The position numbers and the translations under genes are program-made. The notes beneath the pieces are model-generated. The model was given only the letters and a program-made list of their open reading frames with translations. It did not search any database and had not been told where the DNA came from. From NCBI GenBank assembly GCA_036172245.1, contig JAYWIR010000094.1, positions 186,001 through 250,000 on the forward strand: a stretch of DNA of 64,000 nucleotides, given 5' to 3'. Below, piece after piece: positions 25,478 through 38,990 of this stretch. Each line of letters starts with the position of its first letter. The first letter of the stretch is position 1. The DNA comes from Raillietiella orientalis. Taxonomy: Eukaryota.

Positions 25478-27994
25478 GGCAAACGTGTTTTTTCCGCGCT
25501 CCTCGGCGCCTGTTGTAAAGGCTTTCTTTGCGTTAGTGTTTGTGTGTGGTGCATCTGCGGTGTGCAATGGCAGAAATTCCAGCGGACACCGCCATGGAGA
25601 TCGGAGGGAGAGAGCCTTTTTATACTCCGCAACCCATAGAGGTGGGGGCGACCACCCCCACGGAGACGAGGGCAATTACCCTCTTGAAAAAGGGATCAAC
25701 CGCCCAGTCGGAAGCGAAAGCTGCCGCTTCCTGGGAAAAAGAAGCAACGGTTACCGTGCAAAAGTATGCAACCGCCCACTTGAAAAACGGGGCAACCGCA
25801 TAATTGGATACTTCCTCGGCAACGACGAATACCTGGAGCGCCATGGAAGCAGCACAATTTCCTGAAGTCATTGGCGAACAGTGTGCCCACAGGGATCAAG
25901 GGTATAAATCATCCTTGATTTCTATGGCAGGGAACCTTTTTGTTGGAAACACCGCTCGGAATTTCGAATGAGAGCTACAACGGTTGCAGGAAAGAAGCAT
26001 GGTTGGCACAAAAACTGCTGCGAACTTTTGTCAGGATCGAAAGTTGCCAGACCTTTCTTGTCCCGGTTGAAAACTTAATAGTTGTTTACCTCCGCGGAAT
26101 CACCTCACGGATGCCACCGAGTGCCGAGAGGGCTGAATGAAGCGAATTCGGCACTGTGCACGCACTGTGGGCGAAGCCCAACAGACTCCGTTCTTATGAC
26201 GGACTTCTAGGCGTGCTCGCTGCTGCGAGCATCACGGTTGCCAATGACGTTGGGATTACCCACAAAATTGTTGTCAACGGAGGTACTGTCGACATCTGGT
26301 ATCTGGGGAAACCCAAATACTGCGCGTTCTGTTATGCTATGGGTCACGTTAAGAAACGTTGTCTAAACATCAGCTGCCGCAAGTGCGAGGTGACCCGGCA
26401 CACGGAAGAAGGCCGTGCCGAACACCCCGTCTGCGGAAACGCATGCAACCGGGGCGGAAGGAGAAGAGTCGGACTGGAAAAAGGTCAGCTACAAAGAAGG
26501 AAATTTGAAAAAGAAGAATAAAGTCCCTTGTAAATCTGCTAAACCCGCAAAAAAGCAGGGACTGAAAAAACGCACGATCGAACTGGAGCGCCTTACAGAC
26601 GCCGAAGTGGCATGCCAACAGGCCTTTGCCGTGTGCAACAACGCCAAAAGTCACGTCGCTGTTCGAAGAGCATCCCAGGGCAGTAGTGAGGGGGAAAGCC
26701 GCGTTGACGCGTACTTTGCGAAAGCTGCCGCCGAGTTCGCCGCCGCCGTTCCGCAATCACTTGCAAAGGGCGAGAAGGCCGCTCAGAGTTCTGCCGAAAG
26801 GAGGGAGACCGGATCCTCGGAATCGGACCCGGAGGCCGGGCACGCACTATCCGTGTCTGCAACACCATGCAAGACCGCAGGGAAAATCCGTGACCCGAGG
26901 AGGATCGTTTCCTCCGAGGAGAAGGAATCTTCCGAAAACGAGGGTGCGTCGAGCGTGGGAGGAATGGACACGAGCCCTCAACTCCCACGCCCGGTCGAGA
27001 CACAGCCGATGCAAGCCGAGGGGGTTCTAGAGGCGCCTTTCACTGCAGACGAGCAAGGAAACATCCTGCCCGATGGGGAGGCGGGAGACGCTGCATCGCT
27101 TTCCCAGAGGTAATGCCGGGACTCGCCAACTGCCGTCAAATCCGCATTGATAGTTGGAACGTCAACGGGCTTTGCGAAGACGGCAGGAGACCACACATAG
27201 CTGCCACCTTACAAGCCTTCGAACTTGTGCTGCTGCCGATGATCCACCAGACCTCCGCAGAACATGCGCGGGAGATCGAGAGGATAGCAGGTGGTCAGCT
27301 AATGTGGCGATGCACCCTCAAACGTACACGAGGGGTCGTCTTCCTTCTGAAGCCTGCGTTACACCGTTCAGTAAGGAAAGTTCGTTTCGATGACACAGGT
27401 CGGGTCGGGCACATCACCTTCAGGTGGTCAGGATCGATCGATCTCGTCGTCACGAATGTGTACGCGTCGAGCGGCGGTCACGTGCGCGTGGCACGGACGG
27501 CATTCTTCCGTGCGTTCCAGCGCGACTGGCTGTCGGAGGCAGGCACGCTCACGGCGCACCTGATGGCCGCCGATTTTAATATTTGCCTGCTATGAGGTGC
27601 GGCGACGACAGAGGCCACCCGGGTTAACGACATGTGCGCCACGGTGCACGCATCCAACTTTTTGGCCGGGGATTCTGGGCTGGATCGGAGCGTGGACCAC
27701 GTCTTCCTCAACGTTCACTTGCGCTTTCGCGTGGGCAGGAGAGGTAAGATACACTCCACCCTCTCCGATCACTCCCGTGTAGAATTTGTCTTTCGCCTGC
27801 GCCAACCGGGGCCACCCTAGCAGGCGTGGCGTCTACCGGGGGACTGACTGACGAAGCCAGGCGTAGCGGAACACCACCGCGCGTTCTTGCGAGGTTTCAG
27901 CCTGCAGATGCTCGACGACTGGGGCGATTTGAAAGTCTCGGTGCGAGAGTTGTGCCAGCAGTTTCCCAGAGCCCGTCTCCCGAAAGGATTTGGT
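25478..27994 (+). mobile_element. Element J: 5' UTR, degenerate ORF1 and APE, cut at the GFG site
   Basis: GGCAAACGTGTTTTTT start; ORF1 and APE closely similar to C; TAATG at 27111-27115; ends ...RLPKGFG. Confidence 0.9.
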
Positions 27995-28117
27995 GTTGCC
28001 ACCCGGGTACGCCCTGGACGTTTATTGAAAAATACTCTTATTAAAGCGTGGTATAAGGCCCCAGTGCGGCCTTAGACACGGGACCTGTCGGGAAAGCGGC
28101 ATGCAGCCCGGCATGGC
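27995..28117 (-). mobile_element. Element K: 3' terminal fragment only
   Basis: AATAAACGTCCAGGGCGTACCCGGGTGGCAAC plus UTR similar to R and I. Confidence 0.85.
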
Positions 28118-28277
28118 AACTCTGCTGCTTCAGTTGATGAAGCTGATCCGAGACGAATGCGATGTTCCCGCCTCGTTTTGGTCAGCCAGAGTGAGGCTCC
28201 TACCGAAAGGGGAAGACTTCAGTTATTCAAGGAACTGGCGTGCGATCACGATTGTGAATACGGACGCCAAGTTGCTA
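28118..28277 (+). mobile_element. RT N-terminal fragment cut at DAKLL
   Basis: LIRDECDVPASFWSARVRLLPKG...NWRAITIVNTDAKLL. Confidence 0.85.
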
Positions 28278-28372
28278 GTTGCCACCCGGTCACGCCGTGG
28301 CGTTTATTAGAAATTCTCTATAATTCTTAGTACGAGGCCCCACTACGGCCAACTCAAAAGGACCTGCCGGGT
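28278..28372 (-). mobile_element. Element L: 3' terminal fragment only
   Basis: AATAAACGCCACGGCGTGACCGGGTGGCAAC. Confidence 0.8.
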
Positions 28373-30254
28373 TGCGGGCGTGAGTGTGAAGCGGAAGAAC
28401 ACCGTGGTCGTACCTGTAGGAGCGTCGTGGGAGGGGCAGTACGACTGAATCCGCCTGGAAATCCCCAAAGCAGGGTATATCAAGTTGCTTGGAGTTCCGC
28501 TTGGGGACCTTGGTTCTGCCGAGGCGTGGTCGGGCTGTTTTCAAAAGACAGAGACAGCAGCCAGGCCATTTACTAACGGCAAGTTCACCTTGCCGGAACG
28601 GGCAACTATTTCGAACACCTTTGTAGCACCTTCCTTTGATCCCTGTTTTTTGTCTCGGACCCCCCTTACGTGGCCAAAGAACGGGGAAAACGCTTGCTAA
28701 AGAACGCACTCTGGGGTACTGCTCGATCCAGGATCCGCCTGAAAAACTTCGCGGCTCCAGTCGGGATGCTGGTGTTGGCATCCTCACGATGGAGAGAATC
28801 GGACTGCAAGTGCAGTTCAGGATGCTCGCACTTTGTGCAGAGCTATGGACTTTCCCCTTATGTGCGCCTCCGCGCATCTACCTAAAGAGGTGTGCGGGCA
28901 GTGAAGGACTTCTTTACTTGGTGCCTGGCATGCGTCACAGGAAACAGGAATTTGGCTACCCTCTGAGGAAAATCGCCTCCCTATTAAAAGCCGATGCGTG
29001 GATTTCCTGCTGCCCGATGAACTGCAATGCTTGGCGGCAGGAAACCATTGATTCTTGGGCTGTATCCTTAGGAATGAGCCGTGAAGAATTCCGCCCCCTG
29101 CGTCGATTTCAACCTTGGTACCTCCAAAATGTCACGCAAGACGAGGTGAAGTTTTCCTCCCTGGCTGCCACGCCGCTCGCCAAAGCACTGTCTGCACTCC
29201 TGGATCGAGATGACAGTAGCCAGCTATTAAAGTGGGAGTTCTCCCGCACTATTGCAGGAAGAACAAAACCAGTTGGCGAATGGGCCACGAGCGAGTTCGC
29301 GGATGCCGCCACTCTTGGTGCAACACCAAAGGGATTACTTCGGTGGGGAGAAGCACTAAGTGCTGCCCCCGAGGAACTTACAATCCCTCCTTGGTGTTTG
29401 GACGGTTCGGTGATTCCCCTTACATGGAAGCAAGACGTCTTGCTCTTCTTACACTGCGGCTTCGGCTAGTACGAGCGGCGACACCGAGTTTCCGGTGGGG
29501 TACCTTCTCCCTACTGTGTTGGTTGCGGGGCGACGGAGTCGTTCCCGCACCTTGTTATGGACTGCGATGCCCTCCATGAACTCTGGAGGAGGCTAGCATC
29601 AGCTCTCCCGCTTCCAAGTGACACCGCTTGAGAAGTGCTGCGACGGTTGTTCCAGCCACAAGGACTTTCGATGGTTGCGACGATTTCCACTATTGGGTGC
29701 ATCCGCGGCATCGTCACGATCCGAGACGTGATGGAGAACCCGGGACAGCAATGTTGTGCAACCAGGAAGGCAGCCTACTTCAACAGGTGGACAGCTGGGT
29801 GGCGACAATTATGGGAAGACACAACGGAGCAGCTAACCGGTATCCATCGCCGGATGAGAAACGGCTTAGAACGACGAACACGGTGATCCGCCATCATTAT
29901 ATTTTTAATTGATTTTTTTATTCTCGCATCCTCTTACCTATACGCTCCGCAGTGGTGTTTGTGCTGAAACTTTTGAGTTTCCCGGTGACTGCGGAGCGTC
30001 CCTAACGTTCCCTGGCCCACTCCTACAGTTTAGAATTTTGTTGTTGTTTTTTTGTTTTCCTTTTTTGTTTTGTTTTATTTTGTTTTTGTTTTGTTTTTGT
30101 TTTTGGAATCCCCTCAGTCGTCCGTGTAATTCCGTTTTCCTGACCTGCGTGGCAGTGGTGAATCTCCGCTGCTTGTCTTTATAGTCGTGTCCTGGAAACA
30201 ACTGTTTCTAGCTCGTTTATATCAATAAACGTCCCGGCGTTATCGGGTAAAAAA
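28373..30254 (+). mobile_element. Element M: ORF2 C-terminal half and 3' end of a divergent subfamily (like O)
   Basis: LGVPLGD, RDAGVGILTMERIG, CVGCGATESFPHLVMDC; AATAAACGTCCCGGCGTTATCGGGTAAAAAA. Confidence 0.87.
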
Positions 30255-31221
30255 TTCCAACGTTCGCCTTAACCAGATGGGTACAATCACGAGCGTGACC
30301 TGGTCAACGAGGTGTGCATAGCGGTGCACACCTGTAATTAGTTGGTCAGTGCACCGGAGATCAAATACAGTATGGACCAAGTGTTCCCTGATCAGCACCT
30401 GTGTCCTCGCGTGGGCAGGCGCGGCAAGTTACCATATGACCTGTCCGACCATCGTCCGATAGTTCTCGAGATCCAACCGCGCGACAGGGGCCGCCCCTCG
30501 TCAGCGTAGCGTATACCAGGGGACTGGCTGTAGCTCTCGGACGCGGCGCAACATCTTTACACGTTCATACTGAACTTCAGGCAGCGGACACTCTAGGATT
30601 GCGACCGCTTCAAGCGGCCGTCCTAGGAGTTTTGCTACCAGTTGCCTCTGCACCGCCTACCTACAAGTTTTGGGACCAGGGCCCGTAATGACCGAGCTTA
30701 CCTGCAGGCCCGTCGTTACGCCAAGATCCCCGAGATTTGAAGGATCGCGGAATACAAAGACGGAGCCGAGAGGCGAGCCTTACAGTCCGGATCGGCCAGC
30801 TTCCTGGAAGATCAGGGCGAGAAGCACTCGGCACCCGACCAAATCCGCGGCGTAATGGGGAGACACTACTCCTCCCTGCATGTCAGGGCGCCTCCGGAGA
30901 GAAATGTCTCAAGACTCCTGCTTCCGGAAGGCGCTTCGATGATCGGGGAGGAGACAAAGCCCCTGGACGAGATTCTTTCGGACATCGGAAAGCTCAAGAG
31001 GAGCAAGGCTCCAGGAGAGGACGGCCTGTTCGCGGATTTTTATCAAACTTTCGTCACTGAGCTCATCCCCCTGATGCAGCAACACCATGCTAATACGCGA
31101 GACAGGTGACGTTACCGCCTCGTATCTTTCGGCAAAGGTGCGGCTCCTCCCTAAGGGAAGAGACCTAAGGAGAATAAACTGGCGTGGAATCACAATATTG
31201 AATGCGGATGCCAAGTTGCTA
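30255..31221 (+). mobile_element. Element N: late APE, linker and early RT (P-like), many stops, cut at DAKLL
   Basis: Similar to 35660-36650; KAPGEDGL; ends NADAKLL. Confidence 0.85.
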
Positions 31222-33424
31222 GTTGCCACCCGGTCACGCCGGGGCGTTTATTAATAAAAATGAACTGGTTAGGGACAATGTCCATAACCAACAAAACGAC
31301 AGAGAACATAGAATAATTACCGGCACGCAGGCCTGGTAAACAAACCGCTCGCAGCGTTGGAGGAATGAGGGGAAACAAACAAAAATCAAAAACTGGAGGG
31401 AAGGGGAACGGGTTTTTGGTTATGCTCCATACTCACGGGGATTTAAACGATGAGCACCTAAAATGTTCCGGAGCCTATGGGGACGCGGGTGTAAAAAGAA
31501 AATACAAAAATAGTTTATGGAGGGTAGGGCAATGATCACCGGGTTGGCCGCTGCTGAGCGTGTGTAAACCGGCGGTGTATTGCGGCGAAATTCCTTTTTG
31601 TCTCCTCTGTTAAATGAGGCCATCTAGCGGATGCTCCCATGTAGAAGGATGCTTTGCTGATCACCTCTTGGTGCTGTCCGTTGATTACCAACGCCTGGCG
31701 GACGGAAACTATCGCGCGTATGCAACCGATGGTTGCAATCCTTGCGCTTAGTGACAGCCCGCTCGGCGTGAAGAATCGTCGCAGCAAGTCTCTTGCGGTG
31801 TCCACGGGATGCATTAATGCTGTTGCCAGCCTAAGTTACAGTCCTTGTAGGACACCGCAGTCCAGAAGTAGGTGCGGAATCGACTCCGTCGATCCGCACC
31901 GAACGCAGTTCGCTGGCGCAAGTCCCCCAGAGTCACGATGCCAACGCTCGTTGCACTGAAAACCTCAGTGAACGAAAAGCAGCACGGCTTGTTTCCAAGC
32001 AAGGGGGAGCAGCGAACTGTCCATACACTGTGGAGAGACTACAAGTTCTTCGGGGGTGACAGCAAGTTCTTCTGCCCACCGGAGGAGTCCCTTTGCAGTA
32101 ACACGAGGAGTAGCGGCGTCCGCCAACTCACTTGTCTTCCAGGTGCCAAGGAGTTTGGTTCTTCCCGCTATCGTGCAGGAAACCTCCCACCTCGCCGGTT
32201 GGTAACTGTCGTTTCTTGCCCTGAGGGCAGACAGCGCAACAGCAAGAGACGTGGCAGACAGGGTAGAAAACTTCACCTCGTCCTGCAGTACTTCTTCCAA
32301 GGATCGTGGAAAAAATTGGCGCAGGGGGCGAAAATCTTCAGGGCGTATTCCTTGGAACGCCGCCCAGGATTCAACAGACTCCTGCCGCAAAGCTTTAAAG
32401 TTCATTGGGCGGCAGGAGATCCACGAGTGTGCTTCCAGAAGTGCGGTCAAATGCCGCAATGGAAACCCGATACCCCGCTTCCTGTATTGAGTGCCCGGCA
32501 AAAGCGAGAGAAATCCTCCGCTGTCGGCGCATCTCCGCAGGAGAATGCGGGCTGGCACACACAGGGGGATGTCCATAGCTGGGTACACAGTGCAAGCAGT
32601 AGGAACTGCACATGAAGTCCGATTCGCTCCATTGTCAGGATACCCAAACCAGCATCCCTACGCGGAGCTAACAAATCTTTAAGGCGGATTCTGGATCTCG
32701 CCGGACCCCAGAGAGCGTTCTTGAGCAGGCGTTTAGCCCGCTGTTTTGCCGCATAGGGGGCGTTTAAAACCAAAAAAAGCGGACGGAGGAGGGGGGCCAC
32801 AAAGGTGTTCCAAATAGTCGCCCGATCCTGCAAAGTAAACTTGCCGTTAAAGAACGGGCTGATGGCCAACTCTGCTTTCTGAAGACAGTCCGCCCACGCT
32901 TCGGCTGCGCCGAAAGCGCCCAACGGAACGCCAAGGTACTTAAAGTACCCGCCCGTGGGGATCCCCAGGCGGATCCAGTCGGACTGCCCCTCCCACGACG
33001 TACCCACAGGAACGACCACGGTGTTCTCTCTGTTCACGTTCATACCCCCTCCCCGACAAATCAGGTCAAAGAAATCCTCGACACTGGACGCCGAAGTGGA
33101 CATGGGGAGCAGAAGAAGCAGGTCATCAGCGTAGGCGGCCACGGCAGGCGTTCCCGGGCAGGAGCTTGGCAAGTGATACAGCGTCAGCCTGTATGCTCTT
33201 AGCACCAACTCAAAGAAGATGCTGAAGAGCAATGGGCTTAAGCTGTCGCCCTGTTGGATGCCCCTACGAACAAGAATACCATACACGCGGCAGCCGCTGA
33301 AAGTGATGCAGCTTAGCGCGTGGCGCCAGCACGCGCGCAAATACAGCAGTAGTTGCGCCGGGAACCCAAGTTGTTCCATAAGCTCCAAGAGCAGCTTCTG
33401 GTTTACGCAGTAGAATGCCTTGTG
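31222..33424 (-). mobile_element. Element O: RT from the HKAF site to the 3' terminus
   Basis: 313-aa ORF with GIQQGDSLSPLLF, AYADD, KYLGVP; terminus AATAAACGCCCCGGCGTGACCGGGTGGCAAC. Confidence 0.9.
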
Positions 33425-33431
33425 TGCTCCA

Positions 33432-36400
33432 GGGTGGACGTGTTTTCTCGGTGCTCCTCGTGCCAGGAAGTCTCCCCCAGTGCAAGCGTCGTGTGGTTCG
33501 GTGGTCGATCAGGCAGCGATGCCTGACGCGACCACCAGGGATGGACAGGGGGCAGCAGCAACGCCGCCCCCAGAGGCGATGGAAAGCCAGGGGGTGCGGC
33601 AACGTCGCCCCCGGAGGCGATGGAGGTGGGGGCATCCGCCCCCACAGAATCGGTCCCCGCTGCAGCGCGGGCGTGGAGCGCCGTTGTGTCGGCGCCATCG
33701 CCTGCAGCCGCGGCGGAATTGTCGGCCTATGTAGAGGAGGGGTGCAACCCCTCATTGTTCTACAAGGTAGGCAATTTATATTCTCCGGAGAGCGCTCGCG
33801 CCTTCTCGAAGGGGATGCGCGCTCTCGATGTGAAAGAGGAGGAGCTCAGCGCTATGACCATCCGCAGGGGGGTCAGTACGTTCAGGTCATCTGCAAACAT
33901 GCAGATCTGGCCCAACGACTGCTTATAACCCCTGTTGTGATAGGGAAGCGCAGGCTTCTCCCCACTACGGCGGACCGCAGCATGGTGGTCCACATGTTAG
34001 GCGTAAACGCGCGAATGCGCGACGAACAGGTTCACGCCGCTTTGGAACAGTTCGGAACGGTACACGCGCAGTGGACGAAAGTAAGTCCTTTCGAGGACTA
34101 CACGGGCTGCAACACGGCCTCACTGCTGCGCGCGTGACCGTTCAAGAGGGCTGCACTCTTCCGCACAAACTGGTGGTCGAAGGCGAAACCGTCGCCCTCT
34201 GGTATGTGGGGAAGCCGAAATACTGTGGCTTCTGCTATACTTTGGGTCACCTCAAAAAGAGGTGTCCCAATGTGCAGTGCCAAGTATGCGGAACAATGGG
34301 TCACACGAGGGAGGTGTGCCCAAAAGCAACAGTGCAGGTGGTTTCCAAGAAAAACCTTAAAAAACGCCCTCGGCTTCTGCAGAAAAGGCTGGCGGAGAAA
34401 GCTGCCGCGAAGGCTGTGCCACCCGCGCCCAAGACCCAGGCCGCACCCGGGACCCTGGCGACCAACGCCGAAAAAGTTCAGGGAGCCGGCCAGGAGACTG
34501 GGTGGCAAGTGGCAACGGCCAAAAAATCAAACAAGGAGAGGAGGATGGAAAAGAAAATCGCCTACCAACAAAAGAAAAAAGAGCAGGGTAGCGCGATAAT
34601 TAAAGAGTGCAGCGTCGTTGTCGGACGCGTTCTCGATGTTGCCGAACGCTGCCGGAAAGAACTCGCCGCTACCGATGACCTCCCCTCTGTTGACACTGTC
34701 AACAGCGAGGGGAGCGAGCCGGCGGCGGCGTCCGTCATCGACACCACCATCGATGACGTAGCCTTTGCGCGAGCCGCGGAGGAGCCGGCAGCCTCGTTCC
34801 AGCCAGAACCCTCCAAGGCTGGCAAGACGGCCGTAAGGCGTCCGGCCTCCCCTCAGGAGTATCCCACTCCCGACCCCGAGGTGGAGGCCGGAAGCGCAGC
34901 CTCCGTTTCCACGGCACCGCGCAAGAAGGCTGGACGTAATTCCACAAAGCCATGGAAGCTCGTCTTCCCCGTCGAAGGGGAAGAGATGGCTTTCGCAAGC
35001 GAGGGTGCCATGAGCGTGGGAAATTCTCGGGACCCGTCGCCGGAGTGACTACCACGCGCGGACACGGAGGGGATGGAGGGGGTGGAGGCCGAACAGGTGC
35101 CTTAGGTGCCTGAGAAGGCCGAGACCCCCATGGAAATCCCGCCCGCCTCGCAAGATGAGGCGTCCCCCACACCTTAATCTTCCCAGCAGTAATGCTGGGA
35201 ATCTCCTCCCGCCGTCGTCTGCGCATCGCTGTTTGGAACGTGAACCGCATGACAGACGCCGGCAGGAGACGAGACATGGCCGCCCTTCTGGAGTCCTACG
35301 AGCTTGCGCTGCTGCAGGAGATCCACGTGATCTCTGCAGAACAAGCGCAAGAGATCGAACAAATCTCCGGAGGGCGGCTATGGTACAGGTATGGGAGAGC
35401 GAAAAGTTGCGGTGTCGCCTACCTGCTTCGGCCAGCCGTCGACGCCGCGGCTCGGGGCGTGGGGTTCGACGATCGCGGTCGTGTCGGCCAGCTGACTCTC
35501 AGGTGGTCCGAGTCGATCGATCTGCTCGTCACGAACGTGTACGCACCGAGCGGCAAGGACGTGATGAACAGGAGGGCGAGGAAAGAGCTTTTCCTTGCTC
35601 TCCGGCGAGACTGGCTGACCAAAGCAGGCGTGCGGAATGCCCATCTAATTGCAGGAGATTTCAACGTCCGCATGAAACCAGATGATCAGAATCCCGAGCG
35701 TGACCTGGTAAACGAGGTGTGCATGGCGGTTCACACCTGTAATCTGTTGGCCAGTGCACCGGGGATGGAGGACAGCATTGACCACGTGTTTCTTGACGAG
35801 CACCTGTGCCCTCGTGTGGGCAGGCGCGGCAAGTTACCGTGCGAGCTGTCCGACCATCGCCCGCTTGTCCTCGAGATCCATCCGAGCGACAGGGGCCCCC
35901 CCTCGTCAGCGTGGCGTCTCCCAGGGGACTAGCTAAAGCTCCCGGATGCGGCGAAACATCTCCGCACGTTCATACGGAGCTTCAGGCTGCGGACAATCCA
36001 GGATTGGGACCGCTGTAAGCGGTCGGTCCAAAAGTTCTGCGACCAGTTCCCTCTGCACCGCCTACCCACGGGTTTTGGGATCAGAGTCCGTAACGAACGA
36101 GCCTACCTGCAGGCCCGTCGTTACGTTAGGACCGCCGACATTTGCAGGGTGGCGGAATACAAAGAGGGAGCCGAGAGGCAAGCCTGGCAGTCCGGATCGG
36201 CCAGCTTACTGGACGATCAGGTCCAGGAGCACTCGGCACCTGCCCAAATCCGCGGCCTGCTGCGGAGTTACTACTCCTCCCTGTATGCCAGGCCACCTCC
36301 GGATAAAAACGTCTCACGACTCCTGCTTTCGAAAGGCGCTCCAGCTATCGGAGAGGAGCAGAGAAAGACCCTCGACGAGCCTTTCACGATGGACGAGACC

Positions 36401-38990
36401 CTGTCGGCCATCGGAAAGCTCAAGAGCCGAAAGGCACCAGTAGAGGACGGCCTGCCCGCGGAGTTCTATCAAACTTTCGCTGCTGAGCTTACCCCCCTTT
36501 TACAGCAACTCACCTTGCTGATACGCGAAACAGGTGACGTTCCCGCCTCGTTTCGTTCGGCAAAGGTGCGGCTCCTCCCTAAGGGAGGAGATCTGAGGAG
36601 CATGAACACCTGGCGTCCCATCACAATAGTGAATGCGGACGCCAAGTTGATAGCCAAGATGTGAGCAGAGCGTCTGCGACGGGTTGCCAGCATCTTTATC
36701 AGCCCGGAACAGACATATGCTGTTCCCAAGCGAAGCATGGAGGCGAACCTGTTCCTCGCTTCCACCTGGCTAGAGCTCCAACATGAAAGGAGCTTGGTGC
36801 GCAGCCGGAATTCCGGTGCGTGCGCCGGCATGGGGTGGGATGGTCGGGTGGGGTAGGGAGCCCTTGCGGTCGCAATCGACTTGCGGAAAGCATTCGATTG
36901 CGTCGACCAGAATCTCCTTCTGGAGCTTCTGGAACGCTTGGGCTTCCCGGCCTCATTAGTGGCCTATCTACGCTCCTGCTGGCGCGACGCGCTCATCAAT
37001 GTTACTTTCAGCGGGCAGACCGTTCACGGCGTGCTAAAGCGGCGTGGAATCCGGCAGGGAGACAGCCTGAGCCCCTTGCTCTTCAGTACCTACTTTGAAT
37101 TGGTACTGAGAGCGTACAGGGGAACTCTGGCGCACCTGCCGCACGACTGTGCCGATCCGCCGGCCGTTTCAGCATATGCGGACGACCTTCTGCTGCTGCT
37201 CCCTATGTCCACCCTGGCTGCGGCGGTCGAGGAGTTCTTCGACCTGCTGCATCCGGGAACCGGACTTACGGTGAACAGGGCGAAGTCGTCCGTGATGCCA
37301 GTTGGTGCGGTGTGGGCAGGGCAGCAGGACTGGGTCCGTTTGGGAATCCCTACGGTGAGGTACTTCAAGTACCTTGGTGTGCCGTTGAGGGACTACTCCC
37401 CTGCGGAAGCGTGGTCCAACTGCCTTCAAAAAGTAGAGACGGCGATCGGCCCGTTCCGAGGCGGCAGGTTTTTCCTGCCTGAACGGGCCGCGGTTTGGAA
37501 CACGTTCTCGGCTCCTCTCCTAAGCCCCCTGCTTTTTGTTTGCCCCAACACAGAGAGAATAAAAAAGCAAACAAAGACCTCCTCCGTATCGCCCTTTGGG
37601 GCAACGGGAGGGCCCGAGTCCGCTTAAAGGACTTGTGCGCTCCTCGTCGGGATGGTGGTCTGGGCCTCCTGACGCTGGAGCGGCTGGAGCTTCAGCTCCA
37701 GTTCCGCTTGTCGGCACTCGTTCCAGAGTTGTGGTGCACCTGTTGGTGCGTCCCTGCACGTCTCCTTCTCCAGCAACCCACCGGCAAGACGGGACTGACG
37801 TCGTTTCTTGCACTCCGTCGCCTTGTGAACCGATACGAACTCCAGCTACGGAGGGTGGCTGCGCTGTATCGGAAAAACCCAGGATTGCTCACCTGTCGCC
37901 CGTTGAACGGTAGTGCCTGGTTGCAGGAAACCGTTCGAACGTGGGGACAGTTCGGCATGCAACGCTCCCAACAGGAACAAAGGTTCCTGTTTGGGGGTTA
38001 CAGAAGTTGCACGCATCGCGAGATCCTAAAGGATCCAAAGAAGAGAGCGTGGGCAGGAAGAACCCCCCTCGCTGCTGCGCTACCCTCCCTGATGGAAGAT
38101 CTGGACAGCGATGTTGCGGCGAAGTGGGTGGTTACAGTAACAATTTCCGGAAAGGAGAAGAAGATAGGAGAGTGGAAGACGGGCCAGTTAACAGACGCTG
38201 CAACCCCAAGTACGCCTCCCAATGGACTTCTGCGCTGGGGCGCGCTGCTCGATGTTCCCATTGAACATTTGAAGTGGCCCCCGGTGCTCATGAACACTTC
38301 CGCCCTCCCCTTAAAATAGCAGGAGTCGACTCTCCTTTTGCAGCACTGGGGACTACCCTGCAACGCCCGCCGACACCACTGGACCTGAGGAGCGGTGGAC
38401 CACAATTGCGTCAGGTGTGGGGATAGGGAGTCCGTCCCCCACCTGCTAGTGGATTGTGTTGCCCTTTGGCCCCTTTGGTTTCGCTTTGCCGCGGCCATCG
38501 GAATCCCCTGCGGCAACCCCAGGGACGCACTGAAAGCCCTCTTCGTTGCCGACGCCCTTCGGCCAGCGGCCTCGTTAGCAGTTTTGTGCTGCCTGCGCGG
38601 GATCGTCACCGTTCGGAGCAAGGCTACGGAAGGACAACGCGATCAGGGTGCCATCCAGCCAGCCTTCCAGTTCCTTAGGAGGGCGTGTCGATGGCCCATC
38701 CTGGATCCAGAAATACAGAAGGAGCTTGCCGGCATCCTACAAAGGATGCAACGGCCCCACCAGCAACTGTGATCCCTTCCCTTACCCTCCCAACTTTTCT
38801 TTTCTTTCTTGTTTTGTTTTTTGTTTTTCCCCCTTCCCCCTGCTGCCGTAATGGACCGTACCGGTCTGCGAACCGGTGACCCGGCAGGCTCTGTGTTCCT
38901 TCGTGCGTGGCTGGAGCAATGGTCTAGCCACCGCACGTCTTTGTAAATGTTTATTTTACAATAAACGCCCCGGCGAAATCCGGGCGAAAA
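33432..38990 (+). mobile_element. Element P: full-length (~5.56 kb) but mutated copy; the best structural reference in the window
   Basis: GGGTGGACGTGTTTT start; ORF1 ~33519-35192; TAATG; ORF2 35192-38772 with stops and frameshifts; AATAAA-hairpin at 38960-38990; imperfect 14-bp direct repeat on both flanks. Confidence 0.95.

Noticed and set aside
14340..38390. In-frame stops at Trp positions (e.g. 14346, 19867, 35930, 36661, 38317) suggesting a variant genetic code
   Set aside because: Both TAG and TGA replace TGG, sister copies keep TGG, and frameshifts are common. This is ordinary decay.
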